This document shows positions 27,041-41,688 of a stretch of 64,000 nt of DNA, piece after piece. The notes beneath the pieces were generated by a model that saw only the letters and a program-made list of their open reading frames with translations, was not told where the DNA came from and searched no databases. The stretch is taken from assembly GCA_951406725.2 (NCBI GenBank), contig OX597815.1, positions 141,298,001-141,362,000 on the forward strand, in the 5' to 3' direction. The translations under genes were made by a program, and so were the position numbers. The DNA comes from Octopus vulgaris. Its lineage: Eukaryota. Within the stretch, counting starts at the first letter, position 1; each line of letters starts with the position of its first letter.

Positions 27041-29288
27041 AGTTTTATTTTTATAGCGTGCTTTCACTTCACTACCGAGCGCAGCTCTGTGTTCCTTGGG
27101 TATGTGCTGTGATTTGTTGTGATGCTCTGATGGTTATTGTATGGAAAGTGTTCTGCGTAGGATGTGTGCAGTGCCTAGTAGTGCAATTTTCTGTATGTTA
27201 TATGTGTTTGTAAGTCCTGGTGTTTTTGTTATGTATTTGTCTGAATATTTTTTTATCATGCCTAATGCACCTACTATGATAGGAATTGTTTCTGTTTTCA
27301 GATTCCACATTCTAGTTACCTCTATTTCCAGGTCTTTGTATTTTGAGAGTTTCTCCATTTCTTTTAGAGACACGTTGTCATCTGCCGGTATTGATACATC
27401 AATTAGAAAGCATTTTTTTCCTTCATGATCTCTGACAACTATATCTGGTCTGTTGGCCTTAATTTCTCTATCTGTGTGTATCGGCATATCCCAGAGTATG
27501 GTTGCTTTCTCGTTTTCTGTGACCTTTTCTGGTGTGTGCCTATACCATCTTTTTTCTGTTATTATTCCATAATGTTGGCATAGCTTCCAATGTATGTAGG
27601 TTCCAACTCTGTCATGTCTGTGAATATATTCCTTCTTAGCCAGGACTGGGCAGCTAGAGATAATATGATTTATTGTTTCTTGTCCATCTCCACATATTCT
27701 GCAGTTACTTTTAATATTTCTTTTCATTACATGTTATTGGTAATTTCTGGTGGGGAGGCTTTGGTCTTGTGCTGCAATTAAAAATCCCTCTGTTTCTGCT
27801 TTGAGTCCTGAGCTTCTCAACCATTGCTGGGATTTTTCTTTGTCTATTTCTTTTGCGTTTAGTTTAGTGCAGTATTTACCATGAAGGGGTTTTTCTTGCC
27901 ATCGTTTTATCATGGTTCGTTGCTGTTCTATTTTTAGTTTGGATTTCATTTGTGTTATAGCTTTTGTTGTTTCTTCATCATCTTCTTCTTCTTCTTTGTG
28001 TTTATTAGGTGGTATGATTTCTTGTTTGTATTTGTCAGCTTCCTTAAATACTGAGAACAGTTTTTTGTTTTGCTCGTGTTTTGCTGCTATCTGGATCAGT
28101 TTTCCTTCTTTCTGAAGTAGGTATTTTTGCAGTCCTATGGTGGTTATTTTATAGTAGTTTTCCAGCTGTATAAGGCCTCTACCACCTTCTATACGTTGTA
28201 TATATAGTCTTTCTATGTCAGATTTTGGGTGATGCATCCTAGATCCTGTCAGTATTTTTCTTGTTTTCCTATCTATTTTGGACAGTTCATTTCGTGTCCA
28301 GTTAAGGATATTGTAGCTGTAACTTATAACTGGGACAGCTAAAGTGCTGATACCTATTATCTTGTTTTTGGCATTGAGCTCTGTTTTTAGTATTGATCTA
28401 ACTCGTCTATAATATTCTTTTTATTTTCTCTTTCATTTGTGTGTGTTTTGTCTTATCTAGTTCATGGATTCCTAAGTATTTGTAAGTTTGGCTTTGGTCT
28501 AATTCTTTTATTTCATTGGTTTTATCTAGTGTGATGTTGTTACTCTTAACTAGTTTTCCTCTTTTCATGGTTACTTTGGCGCATTTTTCTAATCCAAATT
28601 TCATATCTATTTCTTTGGTAAATCCATGAACTGTCTTTAATAGTGTTTCCAGCTGTTTGTCATTTGCAGCGTATAGTTTTAGGTCATCCATATATAAAAG
28701 GTGGCTGATCGTTTTGCCGTAACATTTATATCCGCATCCAGTTCTATTTAGCATATCAGATAGAGGTGACAGTGCCAAGCAGAAAAGGAGTGGAGAGAGC
28801 GTGTCTCCCTGGAATATTCCTCTTCTAATGGGGATGTCTTTGTTTTCATGAGTCCCTCTTTTGTTTGGAGGTGTAGGACTGTTTGCCATTTATTCATAGA
28901 GTGCTCTATGAATTTTATGATTGTTGGTGCTATTTTGTTAATGGCTAGTGTTTCGAGGATCCATGTGTGGGGGATGCTATCAAACGCCTTTTTGTATTCA
29001 ATCCAGGCCATACTGAGGCCTTTCTTCTTTCTGTGGCTGTCTTCAGTTACGGCTTTATTAATCATTAGTTGATCTTTACAGCCATATGAGCCCTTGCGGC
29101 ATCCTTTCTGCTCTTCTGGGAACAGTTTGTTTTCGTCCAGGTGCTTGTTCAGCCTTTGCGATATCACTGCAGTAAATGCCTTGAACATAGTAGGGAGGCA
29201 GGTTATTGGTCTGTAGTTTTCTGGTTTTGTTGTTTCATTTGATTTGGGAATTAAGATGGTTTTCCCCTTCGTGAGCCATTCAGGCATT
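27041..29288 (-). mobile_element. R4/Dong-like non-LTR retrotransposon: RT + CCHC + restriction-like endonuclease + 3' UTR (frameshifted pseudogene)
   Basis: ORFs 28748-29440, 28407-28889, 27734-28237 and 27134-27727: NYRPITCLP, GIFQGDTLSPLLF, YMDDLKL, YKYLG, CRIC..ETINHIISSC, RHD, RPDIVV..IDVSIP..K..KY; flanked by (TAA)n. Confidence 0.96.
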
Positions 29289-29304
29289 ATTATTATTATT
29301 ATTA

Positions 29305-29388
<84 letters not shown>

Positions 29389-29403
29389 CATTATTATTAT
29401 TAT
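29286..29403. repeat. (TTA)n microsatellite at the LINE 5' junction
   Basis: Directly visible. Confidence 0.97.
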
Positions 29404-29518
29404 CGTTATAAAGGTGCTGAGTAGGCAAAATCATTACCACGCGCAGCGAAATGCTCAGCGACAGTTCGTTCGTATTTACGCACTGAGACTCCCAACAATT
29501 TCGTACCTTTAATGATTA

Positions 29519-30270
29519 CACTAGTCTGCGTTTCAAAAATATTTGTCAACGGTCAAAGATTTTTCATTGACTCTTAAATGCTTTCTGCGAGCTGAATTCG
29601 AAAAAGTAACTCATTTTGTTCAATGAGATCAGGTTTTTTTTTTTTTTTGCTATATCAGTTTTTTAAAAAATAATGATAAAAAAATATATTATTTAACATT
29701 TCTATTTTTCAAATGCCACTTACATAGCTGGAAAATGTAAAGACTATATCTAAAATGGTACACAACTAAAGTTTATGTAAATTCCGACATGAAAAATGAA
29801 TGTACTGATAAAATTAATGTGGCTTAAATGGCTTTCGCAAAGATGTTTGGCTATATTTTATATCTGGAACATCTCTCTTGATGCACCAGCAATAGTCTGC
29901 AAGCATATTCGCATCCCAACAACTCCGATACTTCTCCTCCATCATTCGAATATCCTGGTGAAAACGCTCGCCTTTTTATTCACTGACATCACCGCAGTTT
30001 TGTGGAATGTAGTCTAAATGCAACCAAAGGAAATGCATTTTTATGGACATGAGTGCACCTATAGCCTGGAAGTTGTGCAGGTGCTCATCTACAATGCGTT
30101 CGTAATCCGCATGTCGGTAGTTACCAAGAATTATTTTTTAATAAGAAATTTAAGTGAAAGTCAGTCTTTCTTCTCGGTATCCTCCATACATTCGTCGAAG
30201 TTAAAATCTTTCAAAAGTGATGGTTTTGGCACTCTTATATTCCTATTTCCTGTTTTAGATGAGATAGACT
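29519..30270 (-). mobile_element. Chapaev3-like (CMC) DNA transposon 3' fragment
   Basis: Minus strand: LGNYRHADYERIVDEHLHNFQAIGALMSIKMHFLWLHLDYIPQNCGDVSE*KGERFHQDIRMMEEKYRSCWDANMLADYCW; candidate terminus TTA|CAC at 29519. Confidence 0.8.
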
Positions 30271-30687
30271 GAGGTCTTGGTCTGTGTCCTCTATAAAAAC
30301 TCATAGATTCGCCCCATTCGGGAGTCAAGTATTTCAGGAAAAAGGACTTCCAACGTGATCTCGAGCCAGTTCTCCCTTCTCTTTATCATCGTGTACAATG
30401 GAATATCCTTCCCCTCGGACAATATGCAATTCAGAAACTGCCAGAGATGTCGGCATGTTGGGTTTATCGATATTGTTACACTTACCGTCACTCTACCCAA
30501 GTAAATGAGGAAGAGAGTGAATTCCTCGTTGTGCAAGCTTCCCCGAGTGACGAAGTTCAAGAGCGTTAGTCTTAGACATCGAACCCGCCGAATTTCCTTG
30601 CCTTTGATATAAGTTAGATATCTTGCAGGGAAGACGTTCCACTTGTGCCTCATTGATTATCTTCTTACGATAATATGTTAATCTCAC

Positions 30688-30882
30688 AACGGGTGAAATG
30701 CTTCGTGGTATCTCGTCTGTCTTTACGTTCTGAGTTCAAATTCCGTCGAGGTTGACATTACCTTTCATCCTTTCGAAGCCGAGGTACCAGTTACGAACTG
30801 GGGTCGATGTAATTGACTTAATCCATTTGTCTCTCCTTGTTTGTCTCCTCTATGTTTAGCTCCCTGTGGGTAATAAAAAATA
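30688..30882 (+). mobile_element. 5'-truncated SINE (family A) with a 16-bp target site duplication
   Basis: gagttcaaattccgtcgaggttgac..cctttcatcctttcg; TSD aatatgttaa(t/a)ctcac at 30672-30687 and 30883-30898. Confidence 0.88.
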
Positions 30883-31883
30883 AATATGTTAAACTCACGC
30901 AGCGATATAAAATATTCTTTCTAGCAACTGAGGTAGATTATTAGGAGCGAGCTAATGATCTACTCTTTTAAAAAAAAAATTTCTCAATTAATCTACATCT
31001 TCTAAGTTTGCGAACTTGATTGCACGGAGATCTATAGCTCCTTTGTGGAGGCTATTCTATCGAAGAAAGCCTTGCTATCGTTACTGATTTTGTTGCAGCT
31101 GTCGTTTATTTGTTTATGTTCTGCAACAGTTGTTAGTTTTCCACCGTCGCTATCAGTATAGATATTACTATCACTGTAGTTGTTGTTGCTTTCGTCAACG
31201 TTGCTCTATCATAACTTATAATTGAGGCGGTGGTGGTTTTCTTTCTGCTACAGATGAGTGTGTTAAATGAACCCGTCTCACTTGATTGTAATTCTACGAG
31301 CCCTTTTACATGACATGTCAATATGCCTACTGCCGCTGTTGATACTGATGTTGGATTTTTGTTCTTGTTTTTACTGCTGTTAATGCTACTAAAATGTTTT
31401 ATTGTTCTTATAGCTATAGTATTTTTGTTGTATGTTGATTACGAAGGGTGGTTTTATCTTCCATATTTCTTTCCAACTTTAACACTATTTAGTTTGCCAC
31501 AATAACAAACGAAGCAACTTTGAGTTTTACTACTTTCAGTTCTTTCTGTGTAAGAATATTTATCTTGTACACAAACATCTTTGTCAGGACATTCTTGTGC
31601 GCTACAGCTAACATGTTAACAGTACAACCTGTTACATGTCGGGTCATCGGCAACTTAACTGGCAACCTCACTGTTTTCTTGCTTGGTGAAAAGGATGATT
31701 GCTGGTCAAGCTCCAGAACGAAAAGATCCGAAAAAGGCTGGACGAAAATAAGAGAGTCAACGGCCATTCTATTATGTGTATGTTTGTGTGGAAACTTTGT
31801 GTGTGTGTTTGTTTATGTGTCTGTGAGAGTTTGTGTGTGAGTATATATACATATATATGCATATGTACATACATCTATACGTG

Positions 31884-31945
<62 letters not shown>

Positions 31946-32087
31946 TATATATATATGCATGTGTGCGCACAGAACGTCATGAAATGTGTACAAGTGTACA
32001 ACAGAAAATACGAAGTACGAGTACATGGGATATGAACTATTTTTTCGAGCAACGAAAAACACAAATGGACAGATACTTATGTATATA

Positions 32088-32193
<106 letters not shown>

Positions 32194-32624
32194 TATACAT
32201 TATCTATATTATTATATGATTGAATGTCACATATCCTCTGCCAAGTAAAATTAATATATATATATATATATTATTCAAAGAAATTCCAACTCTGTTTTTT
32301 TTTTTATTTATTCATATTCTTTTTAATATTAATGTATAACATAGAATATATAGTATAAATAATATACATAGTAAAATGAAATGAAGTATTGCTTGTCTTA
32401 TTGAATAGATGAGATATTGAATATAAAATGCTAAATATTAATGGACTATTATACTTTTTTGCATAAATGCAGTCTTCAAGGTCCCAGGTTGTGGCAGGAG
32501 TGTTTCAAATGTGAAACACTCCTGTCACACGCATTTATAAAGAATATAAATAAAGCATAAAAAAAAACAGTCTTGGAATTTCTTTGAATAATATATATCC
32601 CTCTATACACAATCATACAAACCC

Positions 32625-32688
<64 letters not shown>

Positions 32689-34607
32689 GCTATAATTATG
32701 GATATTGTAACATGTATATGTTATTTAAAATATATGTGTGTATTTAAATTAAATAGGAACTACTTCATGATGTATTGTTTATTTCCATTTTGAAAATAGA
32801 AATATCTGAATATATGGAGAATAATATCATATACATATATGTTTGTGTGCGCTCGCGCGTGTATGTGTGTGTGCAAATTATGATGATACCAAAGTCGCTT
32901 CAAGGAACACGAAAGATTTACTTAATAGGCACCCTACAGAAATCGTAGTCAGTAATATATGAAAGGGAATGTGTGAAAGCGTTTCAAGAAAAGTTGATGT
33001 CATCTGACTCACATTTGATTTATTACATAAATTTGCATTAAACATCTTTCAAATGTATTCGTAAGGAATTTAAATTATTTTAAGGAAATGCTATCATATT
33101 CCAGAAAACTGATTAAATATTTGACATACGACATTTTTTCTTAAAATGTTTGATATATGATATATAATAATCTCACTTCTACATTTGAAAACATGTAATT
33201 ATTTAAGTATTAGTTCCTCTATGAATATGTTTTCTGTTTATTAAATTGCAGGGAAACTAATTCATATCAGTGTTGTAGATAAACACAAGTTTTGCATATG
33301 AGTTTTATTCTGATATTGTTTAAAAAATATAACAAACGCATATCAGAAACTATGAAATGCATGTTGATTACGCGTTAGATGCATATTTTAATAACCCAAC
33401 GTATTTTTTTAAATGTTAACTAAAACAGAGAACCAAAATCTTTATACGGTGATGTAAATATCTCTTAGCATTTAAGTGATAAAAGAGAATGAAAATTCTA
33501 AAGAAGTATTTGAATCTCCTTCTCTAGGAGGACATTTATAGAGCACAATATGTAGATTTCGTTAAACGAAAAGGATATTAATAAATTTAATATGGCGTTC
33601 AATATTAAAATATATACTACATTTCTGGAATATCCTCGACGTAAAACCAGTTTCTGGAATAAAATGATTCTAAATGCTGAGAAGGAACTACGAGATTGAC
33701 GTTACTCAAATGAAAAATATTCGATGATGACAAAATAGATATTATTTAATTAGATAACAGAGGGATGTGTTTGTACACAAGCGAACACAGTATACAGTCG
33801 TTGAATCACAAGCAGACAAAGGGGATTATACCTGATTCAAGATGATATATAAACCCTATAGCTGGAGGTAGTATTTACTTTTAGCTTTTGGAGGGAACCT
33901 TAGTAGATCAGTTCCATAATAACAAGCCGCTAAATTGCAGCAAAATTGTGAAAATGAGGAGCGAATTCATAGTTGGGCACTTGTATTGAAATACGAAGGA
34001 CAACGATTCAAAACTCCAATGTAAAATCGTCGTAAACAAATGTGATATTTGAAGCTCAGTACACAGTTTAGATTAGGCTATTATTCGGGATTACATTTCG
34101 TTTCGCCGAGATGCAGTGGAAAATATTTTTCCACAAAACAATTCCTGATTTCTATGCAAGTGATTTGGAAAAGGGAATTTCTTCAATATACAACATTCCG
34201 ATGTCTGTGGACATGACTACTGAAATACGAAAACTGAACGATAAGTATTTACTTAAATATTCATTTGTGTATGGATAGTTTTCATTCGTGTATCGTGTCT
34301 GTTTATTTATTGCAATAGTGTACTTTTCTAGGAATATTGCCTCAATAACTATTTACTCATTCCCTAGGGAATTGTGTAGAATATGCATGTGTGAAAATTT
34401 ATTTATCCAACCGAGTATTTTCTCAGTACTTTTAAGGTGTAGTATAGATTCTCCTTGCAGAACGGAAATGCTCAGTCAGAGTGTGAAGCTCGTTCTCAAA
34501 TAGAAAATAAAATAATTTGTATCAAGAAATTTATAACTGTAGCGTGTGTATTTACGTGCATGCATGCATGTATCATCAGTCCAGATCCTTTCTTCCATAA
34601 CTGTAGT

Positions 34608-34641
<34 letters not shown>

Positions 34642-34899
34642 CATGAAAAAAATCTATCGATGTTTTTGGCATTCCATTGGAGTAATCATTCTGGCTTACC
34701 GTATCTACATTGTGTTCTCTGCACAATAATTATGTGCAAGATAACTTTTGTTATCTCATACGAACCAACCTGCATTGCACTATAAATCTGCTTCTTGCAC
34801 CACCAAAGCTCACGCTCAATTACACCTCCGAAAAACAAACTCTGCAAATTTGGTGCACTGAATGACCTTGCGATTTTAGATCTGTATTCCATACATTTC

Positions 34900-36560
34900 C
34901 TCTTCTATTTTTCGTAGAATCCGCTTGTTTAATCACTTTTCGCTCTCTTGATTCCTTCATCTTCATCATTCATGGTTCAAGTAACTGTACAAGAAATGCA
35001 TGATTAGCACTTTACAACAAATAGCGGTTCCAGCCACATGCTCCTTTTGACATTTACTGCTGGTATGGGTTGCTTCCATTCTAAATCCACCCTGCTATAT
35101 ACCATTGCTGACGCGTAAAAGTACGAATGGAGAGTATATTCTTATATTTCTTCTTTAGATCCACATTTCCACTGATTTCCCACACAGTCCTAATTTTCTT
35201 TATTATCATAATCTTTCAAGCAACCTCCACCAGTCCCTTGACAGCTGACTGTGATTAGGAGTGGTACTTGAAATAAATCTTCTCAGCAAATTTACACGTG
35301 CTACAATAAAATTCTTTTGATTTTTCTGCAAGATTTTATTTTTCTAAACCTTCTATTCCTAATACCAATAGAAATGTTGCTAGTATTATGTAGTAGCCAT
35401 CCTTCTTTTTCCATCTCTTTGCCCACTTTTGTCACCAAATTTGCATTCGTAATAAGAAAGACCTACATCACTTATATCAGTTTTCCTTCTTTTCGAGAAC
35501 GCAACATCTTCGGTTTCTTCCACTTTCCACTCACATCCAGTTAGGTTTGGAATTCTTGCGTTGGTATTTATTGTATCTTCTGTTAACCTTATACTACAAA
35601 TGCATTTGAATATTGTTATTACGATATCTGTAAGCAGCCGTAATTTCTCTCAAAACCTACCAGGATTACAACGGGCAGTATCCAAAGCACTTTCGAAATG
35701 TATCCATCATTTCATTATTAGCTCAACTGTTGTACCTCCAATCCCGTATATAAGGTTCTTTGTCACATTCTGTAGATATTTAAACATGTTGCAGCTTAGC
35801 TTTGACTTTCCAGTAATCAATGCCACATCATTCTTCCACCCACTTAGTCTTTCGCTCACTTGTTCCTGTGTAATTATATCAACATGTATCTCATTCATTT
35901 TGGCTTTGTTCCAAACTTTGCATCCCTACTCTTTAAAACTTATGCCGTTTCCTCTTCACCTTAAGTTTTAATCCTAATGTCAGCTTCTGAAGCTTTCTCA
36001 ACTTTCAATCCACCTGCATTTCGTTGTTTGACGCAATTCAAAAATCATTAACGGAAACTCTCACCGATTATATCAGTACTTCCACAAAATAACAACGTTC
36101 CAATACATTCTGCATTGCTTTATGTCAAACCTCCATCCACATTCCAAAGAAGTGGTGTGAGGCATGAACGTCAATGCTTGTAGTCGTGCAAGTGAACGCT
36201 GAAAATTGTAAGAAATGAATGTAAATTCTAGATAGTCATGGGAAACCGAGCAATATGTATTCCTCACATCTAATGAGATGATATCAACTTTTAAATTTGA
36301 TTTACGTTTACACATCTGTAGACTAGTATGTGATCTGTACAGCTTTAAAGCATCCTGGAAATCTTGTGACCCCCGACTGCATAAATTTAAACATCAAAAT
36401 CTCCATTTAAAACTTCTTTCATATTCTGTATCAACCCCTTCTTATCACTGTTGAAGATTGTTATTGATCAGAATACACAAATCTCTTTCCACTCTTTCTC
36501 TAATGGAATTCCAAACTATTCCAGCATGCTTCAACATTTTCCCTTCCAAAATCCAGAGAA
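34900..36560 (-). mobile_element. Old, heavily decayed RLE-type LINE (HERO-like)
   Basis: Minus-strand LDVRNTYCSVSH (cf. LDLxNAYGSVPH RT motif) at about 36235-36275; collinear remnants VKGLVE, VDLEWKQ and ESRERK toward 34930. Confidence 0.6.
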
Positions 36561-37209
36561 CTTCGTGCAAGTCGCTTTCATATTTCCCTCGATACTTTAT
36601 TTTGCAGTTTATGTATTTGGAGTTCTTAGTTTTCAGCATATTTTCTAAACGTCATCATACTGTTCCGGAAAAAAACCCAGTGTCCTAGGTTCTGAAAGAG
36701 AACCCCTTTTCTCAGAACTGATATCTACCTTTGCCTTCGATATATCCTGTATTCAGGACGGTTACCTCACCAATTTTTACTAAGTGAACTAGATTTAAAT
36801 TCCCCCAGGAACTATTGATATGTACTACCACCAGCAATACTACGCGCCTGTTCTCTTCCTCCTTCAACGTGAAGTAAAGTACAGGTACATCAAGTTCCCT
36901 ATTCGCATCACCAGATTCTCGCTGTTCACTGGAAAACAAGAGGTCCGATGACATTTCATTCATATTGAATTTTTTTACTGCTATGTATGAAAGCTAACCG
37001 AAAAACTCACATTCTCTCCTACAACACACACTCACACGCACTCACAGACACACACACGCGCGCGCACATGGAAACACACTCACGTGTGTGCCTTTGTGTG
37101 GTTATACGTATGTATGTATATATATGTACATGCATGTATGATATGCATGTGTAATATATATATATATAAGTATATATATATATATATATATATAAGTATA
37201 TATATATAA

Positions 37210-37287
<78 letters not shown>

Positions 37288-38056
37288 CCATATATAGATA
37301 TACATACATTTCACACACACACATATATGTGTGTATATATATGTATATTCCTTTGATTACAGAATCGGTAGTGCAATAAAATTTTCAAAGAAGTATATGT
37401 CTACATTTATCGAGAATAATATTTTGCGAGCTACATATTCGTTTCCATAATTTGTGGGCTTAGAAATATTTCACATGATATATTCTATACCATAGTGCTC
37501 GTACTCAATAGAGAAAGGATTAAAAAGAAAAGAAGACTAATTTGAAAACAAAAAGTGAGAGCAAAAAAAAAATATGAAATTTAATCTGGTCACTAACGAG
37601 AGTAAACTATATATTTCTACTGCTCTTTTGTATAGCTATAATTTAATTTTGTTCGAAATTCAATTCACTTAGCTTCTTTGAGTAACTTTTAATTCCCGTT
37701 TTAATCATTTTAGCATACTAGTAATGAAATATTAATCCGTAGATTATTAATTTTCTTCTAACTGATGTAAAATTTGTTTTAATACCTTTATGAAAATATG
37801 CGAGCAATATTTAAAGTAATCAATGACAATTTTTGCGTTTTTATTATGTCCTTATACCGCTCTATAGCATACCAGTCATTGGCGTTCATTGAAAGGAAGT
37901 GACAGTTTCATTTATTTCAATGAAGTCTATAAAAATACAGGGCCGTTCTTTCACATTTCCATAGTCATCGTGTTCCAATTTCGTTTACTCTTCCTATCAC
38001 TTCGTATCATCCCTTTCATCTACTAAATTTTCCTTCTACCTTTTTCCTTCTCTCTT

Positions 38057-38093
<37 letters not shown>

Positions 38094-39409
38094 ACTTTGT
38101 TTTGAAGCATAATTTTCCCACTTATTTTAATATCAACCCTCTACTAACCATCCTCTCCCGTTTTCGACCTGCCGTGCTTGTCTTTATATCAACCGCATTC
38201 ATTTCATCAGTCTAGAAATGCCTGAGGGAAAATTTATGAGCATAGATCCACCTCCTGATTAACGGCAAAGTATTATGCTGCCGATATTTAAGTGGATTTA
38301 ACAAAGGATTCATTCACTGCTAGAAACATTTCCAGCTTCTTTTGTAATTTTCTATGTAATGATGGCTTTTATGGTCATAAAGTGTATATTTGCCGGTGGT
38401 ATATATTTTCTTTCCTGGTTGGGACCGACCCACGTCATGTTTGCTATTGCGCACTTTACAAATGATATAAATGTCAAAGGAATTCGTATATATATACTGA
38501 TTTGTCTAAAATGAGAATTAGTATCAAATGCTATTGCGGATACATCGCGGATTAGGTCCCATGATCCACTGCATTAGCTCGCCTCATGACGATTTTATCT
38601 CCTTGTGTATCATTCATCTAACACTTTATTACTATTGGAATGAAAGTAGAAAACGTTCCCCATATTTAGAAGTTTGTTCACTGTACTATTTGTCGTATAA
38701 TAACCATTCATATAACATATCCCCAAATGAAAATATGTCGGAAACGGCGACGTCAGTGAAATGGTATCTCACTTATCATAATTTCAAACTACTTCGTTCC
38801 ATTAGTGCACAGAGCTACTCACTTTTTCCCAAAATACGTTAGAATAGATAACTGAATTTGCGTTAACTGGTAACGCTATACTGTAGGATTAGAAGTTTCG
38901 ATATGAAGTGAATAGGAATGTTGTTGTAAAAGAGCTTGAATGGTGGTATGAAGCCTCGCTGTTGGTCGGATAGACAATATGTGGCTTCATTTTAAATATC
39001 AAATATACCACATGTGAAGTGAATTACAAATTCAGATATGAATTTTATACATTAAGGAGATTTCAAAAGAATTAGAATACATACCGTTTTATTTCGTTCA
39101 ATGGCATCCATACTACAAGCATACGACATATATGTTAATATTGAAGGATGGCTTCATTGGAAGATAAAGTTCTTGAGTTCTTGCAGAGATCAGTTTTGTT
39201 CTTAAGTACGGAACTAATGTGGAGTGATTATTGAAAGGCATATTTCCACCGCCCCATTTATTCTGCAAGCTGGTAGCCTCGTAATGAGTATTTTGGTGGT
39301 GAAGACGATCACAATGATGATCATGATGGTGCTCATGATGATGATGATGACGATGATGATGATGATGATGATGATGCTGATGATGATGATGAGAATGATA
39401 ATAACCCTT

Positions 39410-39580
39410 TCTACTATAGGGACAAGGCCATAAATTTTGCAGTGGGACTAGTCCAGTATATCGACCCCACTGTTCAACGGGCACTGGGTACTTATTGACA
39501 CAGGACGATGAATAGGGAAGTCAACATCGGCAGAATATGATCAAAGAATGTAAATACGGACGAACTGCAGCTAAGTATTG
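39410..39580 (-). mobile_element. Diverged SINE (family A)
   Basis: ctttctactatagg.acaaggcc..aaatttt...atcgaccccactgttcaac.ggcactgg. Confidence 0.75.
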
Positions 39581-39600
39581 AGCTCTCTCTCACTCTCTCA

Positions 39601-39632
<32 letters not shown>

Positions 39633-39904
39633 GGGATATGAGATAAGCTCCTCTATAATGTTTTGACCTAAATGCTCCTTTATAAACAGCTGTTATTGTT
39701 GCTCCTTTCAGTAAAGCTGAGAATACGTCCGTCTCCCACGACTTCTTGAATAGCACCTTCAATGACTCAACTAGAATGCATTTACATGTTGTTGTTTTTT
39801 AACAGTATGGTTGGGAGACGATCTGATTCTGGCGCTGTAATTGAACTCTCTTCGAGGTCTTTAATTTCTAGACAGTTATATTCTGGAGGTTAAAGAATTC
39901 GTTT

Positions 39905-39977
39905 AGATTATGTACTATTTTGTTTTTAGTTTGGGAGAATACACTGATAAGAATTCGCTTATATGTGATTGATACTG

Positions 39978-40040
<63 letters not shown>

Positions 40041-40170
40041 TTAGGAGTAGTAGTTGTAGTATAGAGGCAAGTGGTGAGGCATGTGGTGAGACATGTGGTG
40101 GGGCAGAGTGTCGCTGCATCCGCCATTTATTCGTGATACCCTACACCTGGAGGGTGACACTTTGCCCCAC
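39905..40170 (+). repeat. Copy 1 of a ~260-bp dispersed direct repeat containing (TAG)n
   Basis: Aligns with 41425-41688 (aagaattcgc.tatatgtgat.gatactgg(tag)n...agagtgtcgctgcat.cgcc.tttattcgtgatac.ctacacctggagggtga.actttgc). Confidence 0.9.
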
Positions 40171-41424
40171 TGAGGAGGAAACTCTACAACACGTGGGTCG
40201 GTCTCGGTAATCGTTGCTGGTCAGCGTTTTACAAGCTCGGAGTGCAAATCATACCTCAAGCTCTTTTACACACCTTTTCACCCTGAGGATACGCCGGATC
40301 TGTTCAGTTCTGTTTTGTTTTTTTGGTTTTTTTGGTTTTGTTTTTTTTACATACTGGTCCCCATATGTTATTAGAGTAAAATGAAATGAACGGAACATGA
40401 CGTTGGAAATCCAACTCACGATCTCAAGAGTGTGAGTACATCACTCTAACCACTAGACCATGCGTCTTTTCATGTGCTGGATAGTTAGTAGCTAATCCTT
40501 TTTGGTTCTGTAGACGTTCAAGCTGAGTATGAGTTCTGGATTATTGTTTAGCAATGTGGAAGAATGTCTTAAGATTAAACTTTATTTTTTCCATGGCTTA
40601 CCGTGCCTTTGGCAAGCTTTGCTTTTCGTAGATATTTTACGATCCATTCAATGTTTCTTATAATGTTGATATTTCTTTCAACGTTAATATTTACGAAATC
40701 TTGTTTTATTTTTAGCTGCTCCATAAGTTTAATTCTATTTCACATTGGGATCCATCAGTTCATGAAATTGAATTCCTGACAAAATAGAGACGTTTAGATG
40801 GGGAATACTTTTCAAAGGTCCTGATTACTCCCTCATAAAGAATCATCATTTTTGCATTAATACTGAGATTGACAATATACTTAGGCCAATTTGCTGTGAG
40901 GACCCAGTTTCGTTTCTTTCCCAGTTGGTCTTCTGAAATTCAAGTTCACAGGAAGTGTGTCATGTTTGATGCTATTTTTATTTTTGTATGTTACCTTCTG
41001 AAATTATATACAGATAGCTGGATCATGCATTGATCGGAGGTGGCTGTTGGAATAAAATGAGCATTCTAAATAAAATATGTTCTATTAGTAAAGACTAAAT
41101 GTAAATTGTCTCTTGGACAGGTAATGATTATCTAAACGTCGAGGTTGCAATGATGACAAGGAGAACTTCAATATCTAGTTTAATTGTATGGTTCCTGTTT
41201 GAACATAACCATCAGGCCAGCTCAAGGTAGGACAACTGATATCTTGGGATAAACGTTCATTGCTCAATATGTTAGCATCATGTGCAGTTAGACTTACGCT
41301 TGAAAACAAAATCACGAGAATAGATATGTTTCGCACATAGATGCATTGACATATTTATATATACAGGCAAACACACACACACTGACACACATACACACAT
41401 ATATATACGTATAAACATAAGCCG

Positions 41425-41522
41425 CATACAATTTTGTTTCTAGTGTTGGAAAACACAATGTTATATTGTTGACTTAAGAATTCGCATATATGTGATGGAT
41501 ACTGGTAGTCGTAGTAGTAGTA

Positions 41523-41586
<64 letters not shown>

Positions 41587-41688
41587 AGTAATAGTAGTAG
41601 TATGGATGCATGTGGGGAGGTAGAGTGTCGCTGCATTCGCCGTTTATTCGTGATACTCTACACCTGGAGGGTGAAACTTTGCACCCAC
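41425..41688 (+). repeat. Copy 2 of the ~260-bp dispersed direct repeat
   Basis: See 39905-40170. Confidence 0.9.

Noticed and set aside
30291-30653. 120-aa ORF as a host gene or L1 fragment
   Set aside because: Only vague resemblance to LINE C-terminal sequence (PTCRHLWQFL); no diagnostic motif, so not called
40168-40186. CTGAGGA-G-GAAAC as a hammerhead
   Set aside because: No room for stem II and no flanking stem I
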